Shown here one piece after another: positions 11,401 through 22,800 of a DNA stretch of 63,013 nt. A program made the position numbers and the translations under genes. Each line of letters begins with the position of its first letter. Positions within the stretch are counted from its first letter, which is position 1. The notes beneath the pieces are model-generated. The model searched no databases. It worked only from the letters and a program-made list of their open reading frames with translations, and had not been told where the DNA came from. Origin of the DNA: a virus (Duplodnaviria > Caudoviricetes); the IMG/VR virus record IMGVR_UViG_3300037961_003042, positions 1 through 63,013 of that record; one strand, written 5' to 3'.

Positions 11401-13354
11401 CTATAAGTATTTAGACGAGCTCGATGGTTCAAGTTTTGATTTAGGGCAAAGAACTACATCTGTGTCAGAAGAAGATTATAAAGAAGCTAACCGATACGCT
11501 AGTGTAACTTATAGTGGAATATATAACGCGGATACAAACATAAATAGATTTAATGAATTTAATTTAAGTGATGCAAACTTTAAAGATTTAGAAAAATCAT
11601 TTGGAGACATTAATATATTACATTCTTTTGAAACAAATTTATTAGTATTACAAGAAGATAAAATATCAAATGTATTATTAAGCAAACAAGCCTTGCAAGC
11701 AGCAGAAGGCGCGGGGGTAGTAGCTACCTCAACTGCGGTATTGGGAACTCAAGTAGCTAGAATTGAAGAGTATGGAATTAGCAATAACCCTGAAAGTTTT
11801 GCAGCGTACGGAGATAGCAGGTATTTTACAGACACAAGCAGAGGAGCTGTGATTCAGTTAAAAGGAACGGGCGGTATTCAGGATAAACTTACCTTAATTT
11901 CTGAATTAGGAATGAGAAGTTATTTTAGAGATAACTTTATTACCTACCCTGATACTCAAAAAATAGGGGCTTTCGATCCGTATATGAACGAATATGTATT
12001 AAGCTCTAACACTATTGGATTACCTAATGCTTATCAAGCAAGCACCGAAATACCTGTTGAATGTGGAGCTACATTTGGCCCTTACAATTATGACGATCCT
12101 ATAATATATAACGTAAATTTAGGAGAAGCTCAAGGAAATGTTGTTGTAACATATGTAATAACAGGTACAGTAGCCATAGATTACGAATGGAGTTCTACCA
12201 CTGGAAACATACCTGCCGCTACAGGATCTGGTAGTTTTAATTTTAATAAGAACACAGGCACTCCAACTAATTTAAAAATAACAATTACTCCTACTGGATC
12301 ATACACGGCTAAATTTAAAGTAAATTGCCCAACAGTAAATGAGCTAACAATTATAAATGTAGCACTTGGTTCAGTTTCTGATGACGGATTATTTATACAT
12401 GACGAGTTTTATTGGAGCGATGGTACAACTACTAGTCCGGTAGAAAGCGTACAAACAGCTTTTAGTTTTACACCATTTGACACCAATAGATTGGCTAGGT
12501 ACACTAGTATTACAGGTATCGAATCTGAAGGTATATTCCCTCCTAGCGGAGCAGCCGTGCGAATGGCTTCAAACAAAATAGAATTTGACACATTAGTGTT
12601 TAGTCCAGCATCTGGTTATCCAGGGCCTACTATTCCGCCGGCTGCAGATAAGTTTTCATTCTTAGTTTCTAATACACTTTACACATCTTCTCAAACGGAT
12701 ATTAATGCATTAGTAGCTGCGGCTACAGATATTACAACTGTAGCAAATCCATCAACCGGATACTATGAGGGCAGCTTTACATACAGTAATCCTACTAATC
12801 AAACGTATTTATACTTAATATACAACTATGCAGGGGTGGCTCCAATTACTTTAGAATTTGGAACTACATCGTTGCTTGCTTGTTGTTTAGGTTCGTCTTC
12901 TTCATACTACTTGAATACATCGAGCTTTAGCACAGCTACATCAGTTTATACAGATGCTAACCTTACTACATTAGCAACCGATGGATTTTACAAGGATTCA
13001 GGTGGAACCGTAAGAGAGCAATCAAGTGGATTGTTAATATCAAGCGCGGCTTGTTCCACGTGTAACTATATTTACATATCAGCTGTTAGGTCAAGCACTA
13101 CCGATTTATGTACCAATAATTATGTGATGTCTGTACAAGCACAAACTGTAAGTAACAATGCATTTGCTAGTGTGGCACCGGGTGATGTGTTAACTGTATT
13201 GCCAGCTGGATTACCAGGCTTTATAGCATATAGTGCAGTTCAAAATGAAGATACTGCAACAGGCACTACATATAGAATTGCACAGGTAAATGCTAGTGGA
13301 GAAATAATAACATTATATTATGGAGGAACAGGGGTTTGTGGCGCACCACTATAA
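8402..13354 (+). CDS. Tail nozzle/stabilisation protein (beta-propeller) with C-terminal accessory domains
   Basis: GRMNKSVDER...YVDAQNVR, LFFTDNLNPPRCIN, FAYRYRY, NRLMYGNY, YGISNNPESFA, GAFDPYMNEY: motifs of the P22 gp10/crAss muzzle-like family. Confidence 0.75.
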   Translation: MTVIQTNFIKGRMNKSVDERLLPPGEYVDAQNVRLGSTEDTEIGSVENSKGNSMIAELSYDGVVLDPASTKCIGVLEDGANNTIYWFVNDSNNAQSATGKVDMIVSFDTINNNIVYHVISTSILNFNASYLINGVNKIDDLLFFTDNLNPPRCINVTRTYLPPTALDVDQITDAELNVIKAPPKAAPTINLLQSGQEENFLVKNIISFAYRYRYLDDEYSAISPFSEIAFTPGFFSLNSSDLSNAGMENTFNTAEVTFQTGSKLVKEIDLLFKYANQPGVYVIEKFNKGILGWSNNINRTEVFRHNQIYTALSDNQLTRLFDNVPRTAKSQTIMANRLMYGNYVDGYNVNNQLNYTVTRTSELINLQEFTGVLSSGDYTIDISKTISNAVATFDFTSIDNAASLKQDTQIGFKLNFISADFDAPGGGAPPGTPSQTLTIISFTITLNQDYNSIYDVFSSTFINERFGTPATIVGSPTVPFTTTSPCTGTTLTDILNCDISDQGTFQHSYSGIDARDEPIKITTTPASSSVSFQLVAAEFDDSTSGAATTDMYGYYKFTAAQADYTSNGNRKSLHSNRNYDVGIVYMDEYARSTTALTSGGNTIYMPPSSSITANSIKVTIPITMVPPPWAKKYKFVIKRGEESYETIYSVIAFDDDATNSVWIRLEGDNQVKTKQGDFLIVKADINGPLNTIVKSKVLAIESKENNFLTPEASTSSDPFISEPAGLYMNLKPQGFTITDDVNGFFDSGLSTDRSSKRGGPVAKLYVNLFRTISDGTGTDQYENVSIPEGSLVNFAIRINRNASDGGFLVGSSNQATYDYNRTVEASQDYNTLYEFVIGEGIDFTEGVASGTVTPGNNFSTTIGDRDLAPFFPSTGVTSDNEYKFFTVGSATPGTGLQAATDAGAKVSLGIKSATGGDSGQRTTISAQITINIGSASLILETEPLNSDIDLYYENDEVFTITGGFHLSGSKTGDQNQTAVQPGIVNLGFFDCFAFGNGAESYKYLDELDGSSFDLGQRTTSVSEEDYKEANRYASVTYSGIYNADTNINRFNEFNLSDANFKDLEKSFGDINILHSFETNLLVLQEDKISNVLLSKQALQAAEGAGVVATSTAVLGTQVARIEEYGISNNPESFAAYGDSRYFTDTSRGAVIQLKGTGGIQDKLTLISELGMRSYFRDNFITYPDTQKIGAFDPYMNEYVLSSNTIGLPNAYQASTEIPVECGATFGPYNYDDPIIYNVNLGEAQGNVVVTYVITGTVAIDYEWSSTTGNIPAATGSGSFNFNKNTGTPTNLKITITPTGSYTAKFKVNCPTVNELTIINVALGSVSDDGLFIHDEFYWSDGTTTSPVESVQTAFSFTPFDTNRLARYTSITGIESEGIFPPSGAAVRMASNKIEFDTLVFSPASGYPGPTIPPAADKFSFLVSNTLYTSSQTDINALVAAATDITTVANPSTGYYEGSFTYSNPTNQTYLYLIYNYAGVAPITLEFGTTSLLACCLGSSSSYYLNTSSFSTATSVYTDANLTTLATDGFYKDSGGTVREQSSGLLISSAACSTCNYIYISAVRSSTTDLCTNNYVMSVQAQTVSNNAFASVAPGDVLTVLPAGLPGFIAYSAVQNEDTATGTTYRIAQVNASGEIITLYYGGTGVCGAPL

Positions 13355-13363
13355 AATAAAAAT

Positions 13364-14113
13364 ATGGCAGCAGTAACATTAACATATAGCGAAACTTCAA
13401 AAGGATGGCCATCATTCTATTCATTTATACCTGAAAAAATGATTGGCATGAATAATTATTTGTATTCATTTAAGGGAGGTAAGTTGTACAGACACAACAC
13501 AAATGCTTTACGAAACAACTATTATGGCGTGCAATACAACTCCACCATTTCAAGTATATTTAATATCAAGCCTTTAGAGGTTAAATTATTTAAAACTATA
13601 TCACTAGAATCAGATGCTGCTTGGGCAGCCACTTACAATTCAGACATGCATAATCCTGGTGGTAGTTTGCTATCCTCTTACTTTGTTCAAAAAGAAACGG
13701 ATTGGTTTTCTTTTTTAAGGGCAGATGAAAATACGGTTAACTTTAATTTAAGATCTGCGAATGGTATAGGAGATGTTGTATCAGTAGATTCTACGGATTT
13801 AGCGGCAGTGCTGTTGACTTTTGATGTAGAGGTTGGTTCAATTATATCTGATAGAGATACAGTTTATTTTGGAAACACACCTACATTAGGAGGTTCGGTG
13901 GCAGCACACGACTCCAAAACAGTGACAATTGACACCACTATAGCGGGTGGCGCTGTGCCTACAGTTGGCTCGTTTATTTGCTATATTAAAAACAGCGTAG
14001 CTGAATCACACGGGGTGAGAGGGCATTACTTAGAATTTACATTAACAAATACTGATACCACGCCTACAGAACTATTCGCCGTAAAAAGCAGTATGTTTAA
14101 AAGTTACCCTTAA
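13364..14113 (+). CDS. C-terminal part of tail nozzle encoded as a separate gene
   Basis: Begins TLTYSETSKGWPSFYSFIPE and contains KLFKTISLES and GVRGHYLEFTL, recalled as the C-terminal motifs of single-chain muzzle proteins. Confidence 0.6.
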   Translation: MAAVTLTYSETSKGWPSFYSFIPEKMIGMNNYLYSFKGGKLYRHNTNALRNNYYGVQYNSTISSIFNIKPLEVKLFKTISLESDAAWAATYNSDMHNPGGSLLSSYFVQKETDWFSFLRADENTVNFNLRSANGIGDVVSVDSTDLAAVLLTFDVEVGSIISDRDTVYFGNTPTLGGSVAAHDSKTVTIDTTIAGGAVPTVGSFICYIKNSVAESHGVRGHYLEFTLTNTDTTPTELFAVKSSMFKSYP

Positions 14114-14119
14114 AATTTG

Positions 14120-14127
14120 TATCTTTG
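14120..14127 (+). promoter_or_regulatory. -7 promoter element (TATCTTTG)
   Basis: TAnnTTTG before the ejection-protein genes. Confidence 0.6.
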
Positions 14128-14152
14128 TTATTAATCTTTTAAATTTATTAAT

Positions 14153-15040
14153 ATGTCAGGAGTAGGAGCGGCAGGATCAGCAGCAGGATCCGCAGCAGGA
14201 TCAACAACAGCAACAGGATTATCCGCGGGAATGTCAACTGCACTTGGAGTAGTAGGAGCATTTGGAGCATTATTTGGAATAGCTGGCGCCATATCACAAG
14301 CTACAGCAGCAAGAAGAGCTATTGATAGGGCTAATGAAGAATCTGCTTTAGCCGTGGCTAAAGCTAGGGATAAATTAAGTAAAATTGAGTCTTTAGAATT
14401 AGAACTGCCTATGATTAAAGTAGATCAAATACAAAAAGACTCTTTAAGACAGAGAAAACAATTACTTGATGCGGTACGAGGCTCAGGGCAAAGAGCGGTA
14501 CTTGGAGGCGTGCCTGTTATAGGCGAACAGGTTTCAAAAGAAAAACAAGAAACAAGAGGTGTTTTAGAAAAAGAAATCAAGGATCGTCAAGATAAAATTT
14601 TAGTTGAAGAAGCGAAAAAAGATCAACTAGAATTAGACATGTTAACCGCAGAAGGAGTGGCTGCTAGACAAAGAGCAACGGCAGCTGCAAAAAATGAAGC
14701 AGCTGCAATAGCGGGAGCTGGTAAATCAGCTGCGGCATTAGGTGGAGAAGTTTTAGGTTTGACTAATTTATATGGCGGCGAAAATAGATTTCAAAGAAAT
14801 ATAGATAAATATTTAGAAGGAAAAGATCTTGGTGAAACTTTTGATAGAGATGCGTTTGCTTCGTTTGTAGAAGAAAGAGCAGGAATCGGTGTTGATTCAG
14901 CTGCTACTTATGGAGATGCAACTGATTTAATTAAGTCGGGAGTTACAACCGTAGATGGAACTGAGATGGATTTATATGAATTATATTTACAAGAAAATCC
15001 TTTTGGCCCTAAAAATATTTCACCAGTAGTAGAAGATTAA
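14153..15040 (+). CDS. Putative internal virion/ejection protein 1
   Basis: G/A-rich hydrophobic N-terminus plus coiled coil; first of three progressively larger ORFs after the nozzle (T7 gp14-16-like arrangement). Confidence 0.55.
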   Translation: MSGVGAAGSAAGSAAGSTTATGLSAGMSTALGVVGAFGALFGIAGAISQATAARRAIDRANEESALAVAKARDKLSKIESLELELPMIKVDQIQKDSLRQRKQLLDAVRGSGQRAVLGGVPVIGEQVSKEKQETRGVLEKEIKDRQDKILVEEAKKDQLELDMLTAEGVAARQRATAAAKNEAAAIAGAGKSAAALGGEVLGLTNLYGGENRFQRNIDKYLEGKDLGETFDRDAFASFVEERAGIGVDSAATYGDATDLIKSGVTTVDGTEMDLYELYLQENPFGPKNISPVVED

Positions 15041-15041
15041 A

Positions 15042-16877
15042 ATGGCACAAGACAATAGAACTTATTACAACCGTAGAGGAAACCAGTTTACAGGAATGTT
15101 TGATTCAGGCCCTGGAAGCGATTTTGTACCTGTAGATTGGGGGAAAATTACAGGGGATATTGTAAGCACGTTAAGATCTGTTGAGCAAGAAAGACAAGCT
15201 AAAAGGGATGATATACAAACCAAGACCGATGAGCTGCTTACAGACTTAAGAGATTATCAAGCTGGAGGCAACAATACATTTAATGGATATGTTTTAGACG
15301 GCTCCACTCAAGTAAAAGATTATTTGTTAATGCAAAACAAATTATTAAAACAAGGCAAGCTTGATCCAAATTCATACACAAGAAGCTCACAATTATTGCA
15401 AGACGATTGGAATTCCTTTCAAGAAGCAGCTGCAACTTTTAATGAAGATTATGCTAAAGCAATTGAAACTGTTAATTCAGGAGATGCTTCCAAATTAGCT
15501 TTGATGAGTTTTGAAGACATGCAAAATGCAACAGATATACAAAACAGTAGATTAGTAATTAATACTGACGGGCGATTGTATTCACAAACAGGTGATGGGA
15601 AGTTAGTGGGTTTTACAAATATGAATGCTAGACAAAAAGACTTACCAAAAGATTACGACATTATGGCTGGGACTAAAGTTTTTGCATCAACTTTAGGCAA
15701 ATATAAAAAAGCTTATCCAAAAATGACAGTTGAAGATATTACTAAGCAGCCAGATTTTGAAAAAGCAAGAGACACATTTATTGATGGCGTGCTTAATCAG
15801 GGAACAGGTAGAGACTTCTTAAGTATATTAACACAAAATGGATACGAGCTAACTCAAGATCCATCTAAGGCAGATGGCAACACCATACTGGTAAAAGCAG
15901 ATTCAAATGGATTACTGCAGCCAGATAAAAAGTCTCTAAAAAAACACAGAGATGCTGCTAAGAAAATATTAGAACAAGCAATTAGTGTTCAGCTTGACAG
16001 GATTGAATCACCAGGTGGTACAGTATCTGACGCCTTAACATTATATGATAGAAAACAAGGTGATGCATTAAAAAATAGTGGTGATGTGTATGCATTAGTA
16101 GCTGGACTTTCTTCGGGTGATGCCAGTGCAGTTGAAACCTCAGCCACACAATTAATGCAACAGTTCAGCGGAATAGATAGGATTAAGAATATTGTTGATA
16201 GTATTGGTAGAAATGTAGGAATTGAAGTATATACTAGTGGAAAGACACAACCAGTACCAGTTAACTTTACTGATCCAAATGGTAATCGTAAAACAAGGGA
16301 GCAAATTACCGCTGAATTATTCCCATTATTCTATGGAGATAAATTGAGCACACAGCAGTTTAGTGAAATAGTTTCTGGATATACAGGTGGATTAGAAGAA
16401 AATGCAAGAAACATGTTCCAAACAAGTGGTTATTCAAATCCATTAATTGATGATGCTTCAGATATATATAATTTAGATCAAGGCAGGCCTAAAGAAATCT
16501 CGAGAACAAACATTATTACAGAAGACATACTTACAGCAGCTGGTGACCATAGCGGTAAGATTAAAGAAATATTAAACGATGAAGATAAAGAAGAGTCGGT
16601 AAAAATGCAAGAAATAAAACAATTGAATAAAGTATATCAACAACAATTAGAACCGTTACTGAGATATACTGATAAAGAAGGCGCAACCAAGTCTCTTAAC
16701 TTAGAACAGGATAGCGGAGGCAATTTAGTTGTTGTTGAGGGAGGTAGAACATATACTATAGTTGACACCGTTACTGGAAATGTAAATATAAATCAATTAC
16801 AAGATCTTATAAATGCTAAGCAAGCACCTGAGGGGGCACGTACCGGAGGAGGCGAAGGGCGTATGTCACGTTTTTAA
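15042..16877 (+). CDS. Putative ejection protein 2
   Basis: 611 aa helical protein; position. Confidence 0.5.
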   Translation: MAQDNRTYYNRRGNQFTGMFDSGPGSDFVPVDWGKITGDIVSTLRSVEQERQAKRDDIQTKTDELLTDLRDYQAGGNNTFNGYVLDGSTQVKDYLLMQNKLLKQGKLDPNSYTRSSQLLQDDWNSFQEAAATFNEDYAKAIETVNSGDASKLALMSFEDMQNATDIQNSRLVINTDGRLYSQTGDGKLVGFTNMNARQKDLPKDYDIMAGTKVFASTLGKYKKAYPKMTVEDITKQPDFEKARDTFIDGVLNQGTGRDFLSILTQNGYELTQDPSKADGNTILVKADSNGLLQPDKKSLKKHRDAAKKILEQAISVQLDRIESPGGTVSDALTLYDRKQGDALKNSGDVYALVAGLSSGDASAVETSATQLMQQFSGIDRIKNIVDSIGRNVGIEVYTSGKTQPVPVNFTDPNGNRKTREQITAELFPLFYGDKLSTQQFSEIVSGYTGGLEENARNMFQTSGYSNPLIDDASDIYNLDQGRPKEISRTNIITEDILTAAGDHSGKIKEILNDEDKEESVKMQEIKQLNKVYQQQLEPLLRYTDKEGATKSLNLEQDSGGNLVVVEGGRTYTIVDTVTGNVNINQLQDLINAKQAPEGARTGGGEGRMSRF

Positions 16878-16886
16878 TATTAAGAT

Positions 16887-19800
16887 ATGAATGAAGAAGC
16901 ATTACAGCAGATATATTCTTTAGCAGTTGAAGAAGGTTATACTGGAGATATGGCAGAATTTTACACGCTACTCCAAACAAACGGTGATGCTCTAAATACA
17001 GTTTATGATATTGCAAAAGATGAAGGATATAAAAACTCTCAAAAATCCTTTGAGGTATTACTAGGCTTAAAAAAAAAAGAAGAAAATTTTCCAGAGTTAT
17101 TTCCTTCCAAATATCAAAGTTCAAATTTACCTTCGGATTTAGATTTGAATATTAAAATTGATAATAAAGAAACATATTTCAAAATTAAGGATGATCCAGA
17201 GTTAAACCAAATAGCCATAAAAGATAATGCTTTCTTTGACAAAATAGATAAGGAGCTACAAAAAGATTACGGAAAAAAAGAAGAGTTAAAACCAGGTACT
17301 TTACTAATACCTCAAAGAGAAATTAATCCTGAGACGGGGCAAAAATTTTCAGATGCCACCCCTACATACATATCAAACTTAGTTTTACAAATGTCAGAGC
17401 TTCCGGAAAACGTAAAGCCTTTACTTAAAAAATATATAAACATAAGTCGAGATAAAAGTTATGATTCTCGAAAAGATGTCCCGGCAGTTCCAGGCAGCAC
17501 TCAACCTACTATGGTGGAAAGCCTTGTAGATCGAATTGAATTAATACGAAAGAATGCCCCTTATATGAATAAAGAGGAGCTTGCAAAGCTTATTAAAGAT
17601 AACCCCGAAGTAATAAAAGAATTTGATAGTATAGCAATGAGTGAGCTTGAAAAATTTACAGACATAACTCCGGAAACTTTTTACAAGTACAATAAGGATA
17701 ACCGCTCTGTTGAAACGCGTGAAAAGAAAGATGCTCCTCAAGAAAAATTAGAAATAGTTCAAGATTTATTTAGTGGTATCCAAGGGTTTGACTTAAATGA
17801 ACTAACTAATTACATTGATGAAGATGTGGTGTCTTATGAATCTGATCCACTAACTGATATACAGGAGGCGTTTATAGGCAGAAGTAGTGTGGAAATAGGA
17901 AAACGAAATCGAGTTATTCAGGCAATTCAAGATGGGAATTTAGATTTACTAGCAAAATATTCTAATCAAAATTATGAAGATGAAGATGATGCAGAAAGAA
18001 ATGCTTTGGCACTTGACATGGAAAAAGCAAGAGCTCTTGGAATGTATGTGGAAGACAAAGTACAGTTTATTAATGATCGCATTGCGACTCTTAAATTAAA
18101 TCCAGAAAAAAATAAAGAAGCGATTGATAAACTTACAGAAGATAGAAAAAATTTAGTAATAAATTTTGGTCAATTCAATCGTCAGAACTTACCGTTTTTA
18201 AACAACTATATGTATCAGAAAAAACAGAGACTTGCAGATGAATACGTTTCTGGAGATATGGGCTTGTATAATCCAGGTGATGTTTTGCACGGGGGATATG
18301 TGGGTGTTAGAGAAGTTTTAGAAGGCGGATATGGGGCGGCAGTAGATGTAACATCTATGGTTTTAGATAAGTTTGGGTTAGATCCCTTGGCAGAGGATTT
18401 ACGTATACATCGTAGTTTGAATAATTTATTGTGGACAGATAACTCTATATATTCGTACGCTTCGGGAAAGGTGGTGATGCATAATGGGAAAAAATATATA
18501 GTAACCCCAGAAGGTCAAGTGATAGATGAAGAACGAGAAGTGGACGTTGCTTTTTTTGGTGAGCAAGCAGGAATTGATATTAATGAAATACGAAATAAAG
18601 CTAGAACTTCTAAGAAAACAGAATCTACCGTAAGTTTGTATGGAACTTATGCCACAGGAGCAAATGTCCTGGGAAATTTGGTGGTTCAGATAGGAGGAAT
18701 GAAAGGAGTTGGAGCGGTTTTAAAAGGTGGGGGAAAGCTTGCGACTTCAATGGGCGTTAACACATTAAGCAAAACAGCAACCATGAGGGCTAATGCTATG
18801 ATTAGCACAGGGGCGGTAATTTATTCTACAACATACAACCAAGCGCTAGAAGAAGCTAGAAGTTTAGGTCTACCGGAACCAATGGCTCAAAAGTATGCTG
18901 ATGAAATAGCTACCACAACTAGTGTTGTAGGATCATTAGCCGCTGTAACTATTTCTCCGAACTTTGGCGCTCAACAATTATTCGCTAGAACATCACCAAA
19001 ACAAATAGCTAGATATTTAATTAAAAACAAAACCACCGACAACATCCCTGATAAAGTTTTACAGTTTTTAAAAGGCGCAGCCGTAGAGGGAACTTTTGAG
19101 GCTATACAGGAATCTACAGAATTATTTGCAGAAGATTATGCAAGAAGAAAAATTAATAAAGAACTGGGGGAAGAATTATTTAAACCTGTGTTTACTAAAA
19201 CAAGTGTTATAAACAACACTATTGCTGCTTTTGCCTCAGCCGGTTTACTTGGTGGAGCTGGCAGGGTAAATACATCTAGGGTTACTTTCTACAATAGACT
19301 AGGATCTAATCAAGAATTGTTTCAAAAATATATGAAGATGTATGTGGAGCAAGGATTAATTGATCAAATTGGTGCGGATAAAATTGTTAACGAAGTAAAG
19401 AACTATCATCAATACAAAAATAAATTACCAGAAAATTTAAGAAATAGTTCTGATGCCATCAAACTAACTAACTTGTTAGCAGAAAAAGCCAGATTACAAG
19501 ACTTATTGAAAACTCAAGATGAAGTTTTTAATAAAGATACTCGAACAAGAATAGAAGCGATTGACAACGAAGTCAAGCGTATATCAGATAAAGCTGCAGG
19601 TAAAAAGACATCACCTTCTCCAGAAATAAAAGAAGAACAAACCATTACAGATCAACAAGCCATTGACGCAATAGCAAAAGATAACGAAGGTAGAAAGGAA
19701 AGAGGTGAAGAATTAATAGGATTTACCGAGCAAGATATATCAAATAAAAAACAAGAACTTTTAAAACAACAACAAGATGCCAGTACGGAGCAGAGCGCAG

Positions 19801-22800
19801 TGGCGCAAACTAGCCAAGACCAATCCACAACTACTACGGAAGTGGCTGAAGGAGTACCCGGTCAAGTTCAGCAGCCTACCGGAGAGGCTGACACCCAAGC
19901 CGAAGGTACAGTCGACACGACAACGGAGACGGAAGTAACCCCTGAAGATGAATTAACTGCTGAAGTAGAAGCGGTGACCGAGCAAGAAGCCGAGCAAGAA
20001 CTAGATGAATTACTTAATGAAGCTGAAGCTAAAAATGAAAATGTTACGACTGTAGGCACACAAGGCAGAAATAAAAGTATATCCCGTAAGGCAAGCGCAC
20101 AAACAAAAGCTGAAGGACTCAATACTAAAACACCAGAGGGCAAAAGAAGATTCATGCAAATTAAAAGTGAAATCACACAGCTCTTCAATAAAAAAATGAG
20201 AACCCTTAAGAGAGCTGCTAATTTATTAGGTAAGATTTTACCGAATACTAAGATTGTTTTAGCAGAAACTAAAGCAGATTATGCCAGGTTAAGAGGTAAA
20301 AAAAGTAATTCAATAGGAGCTTTTAGAGTTACTAAAGATGGAAAGACTGCAATTTTTATTGATGTTAGCGATCTCAGCTATGACAAAGGCATAGAAACTC
20401 TTGTACACGAATTATTTCATGCAGTTTTATACAAAAAATTCGGCAGAAACAAAGAAAAAATTAGGAGAGTTACTGACAAGATGGTCAAAGAACTTCAAAA
20501 AACTTTAAAAAATTCTAAAGATCGAGAACTTGAGATTATAGGTGATCAATTGGTTAGGTTTTCTAAACAGTATTCAAGGGGGGAACAAACTGAAGAATTC
20601 TTGGCTGAAACTCTAGGTTTTCTTGCTGAAAGGTTTGATCGAGTTCGTAGAAATTCTAAAGCGTTGAAAGTTGTAGTTAATTTTGTAAACAAAATTAGTG
20701 ACCTTCTGGGTTTAGGTAAAGCAAAAAAAGAATTAGCCAAGGATCCTGACAGAGTATTAAGAGCTTTAGCTTTGGTCGCTAAAAAACTTCAGAGCGGTGA
20801 AGTATTACAGGATACAGACTTTGATATTATAAACGAGATAGAAGCAGAAGTAGATCAAGAAGGTACTGACGCCCCTATCGTTACAGGCGCAGTAGACTTT
20901 GTTACTGAAACAGATACAACTGCAGACGAAGATGTTACTGTTACAGTGCTTGAAGATGTTGAGGTAGATGAAGATGTTGAGGTAGATGAAACAACTACAC
21001 AGGATAGGGTTGTTGAAAAAAAGAAAAAGCCTACGACCACAGATGCTACATCAACTACGTTACTTAGAAAAATATCTACTGAAATTAAAAAAGCAATTCG
21101 AGAAGCAAAGAGTCAACAAAATAAAATAAAAAGAGAAGTTGCTTTAGCCATAAGGGAGGCAGCTAAACAAGGTACGCTGTCAGCAAAACAAGCGCTTGTG
21201 TTAGCAAAAAGAGCATTGACTTTAAATGTGGATAGTCCGTTAGCCGTTGAAAGATTTATTTTATACACAAAAAAAGCTCTTACAGATGCTGATAGTATTT
21301 TTAAATTAAAAACAGCTAACACATTCAGACAGCAATTAAAAAAGATTGGTAAAAGTAAAACCATAGATGCAGCTATTGCGGCAGCTGCAAAAAACTTTGC
21401 ACTCATAGATCCTATATATGTGGAAGATCTTGATTTGTATAATCAGTTAGCTCAAGAACTTGTAGATGGATCTAAATCAAGTAGGGTGTTAAAAGGTGAG
21501 TTGAAACAAAAACGAATTGCTGACCTTGCAAAGATAAATGCGTTTGCAGATAATCAATTGGAAAAAGAAAAAGCTGAAATACTCGCCACAATGAGAGATG
21601 AGTTTGAAGCCATGACCGGAATAGATCCAAAGGATATGACCTATGGTCAGATGATGGATTATTTAAACAAACAAGAAACCCCTAGCGTAAAAGACGAGTC
21701 AATTATTCGTAAAGCTGTAACAACCATGTTTAAAAAATATTCTGAAACCATTAAGCAAATGCTGTCAAGTGGTGTAGATGCAGCAACGGGAAACCCATTA
21801 GATTTAACTGCAGCTCAAAAATCTATTGTAAAAAGATTTATGGACATGGATTTGTCAGTAATGGGAATCAAAGATGTAATCAAAGCAGTTGATGCATTAA
21901 ATAGTTTTATTGTTAACAGAAACACTGGTGGCATGGAGACAGTAGTTAATAATAATACTGGAGCTTCTAACGTATCACAAATGGTAAAGGATAATAAAAC
22001 CGTAAAGCCGAGAAACAAATTCAAAGCATTATACGAAGGTGTAGTTATTCCTTATTTAAAACAAATTGCAACATTACCTATGACCTTGAAAACAATATTA
22101 GGTAGTTTAGATAATTATATAGATTTTCAAATTAAAAGTGGGCTTAGGGATTTTATTAGTGGTCAAGCAAAGGCTATAGTTAACACCAATAACATGGTAA
22201 AAGATTATGTAAAAAAGTTTGGAAAACTAAGACCAAACAATGAGGCATTTGATTCGACAAGAAATAATATAGAAAGAGGCTTATATGCTTTTTTAGTTAG
22301 AACTACTAGCGGAGATATAGATTCCAGTAAAAAAGAATTCAAAAGAAGATTAAGATTGGTTGAGCAGTCTATCGCAAAATACCAAAGAGGAAATAAAGAG
22401 CAGAAAGAAACAGCTGAAATTTTACAAAAGATATATGACAAGATTAAAAACGCTGAAAGCTCATCTGAAATAGAAAATGCTTTTGATCAGGTTAATAAAG
22501 ACGCAGTTGCATTCTGGCAAAATGAATGGGCTAAAGTATATCCAGAGCTTGCTCAAACAAGTTACAATATATATAACCAGATATTAGGCAATGATGTTAA
22601 CTATACACCGGATAAATTTTCAGTATTTGAAGCAGATGTAGAGGTTGATTTAGACAATGAAAGTGCGTTCGGATCTTTTTCAGGCACTTTGTTCAACAAG
22701 AAAGCCGGAGTGTTATTTGAATCTACTAAACCACAACAACTACCAGGCAACAGAGTAGTCAACTTTAATTTTGATTCTAATATGTCAAACTCTATGGAGG

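Noticed and set aside
17069-17078. A10 run (GLKKKE) as a programmed frameshift in the giant gene
   Set aside because: No evident stimulatory structure or useful alternative frame; Lys runs are common in this AT-rich genome.
20800-20835. DTDFD in the giant protein as an RNA polymerase DxDxD motif
   Set aside because: It lies at the start of an acidic linker right after the zincin helices, and lacks the surrounding double-psi-barrel context (for example the G.DFDID.-type motif and upstream R..P).
20951-20990. 18-bp tandem duplication (EDVEVD x2)
   Set aside because: Ordinary linker expansion within a low-complexity region.
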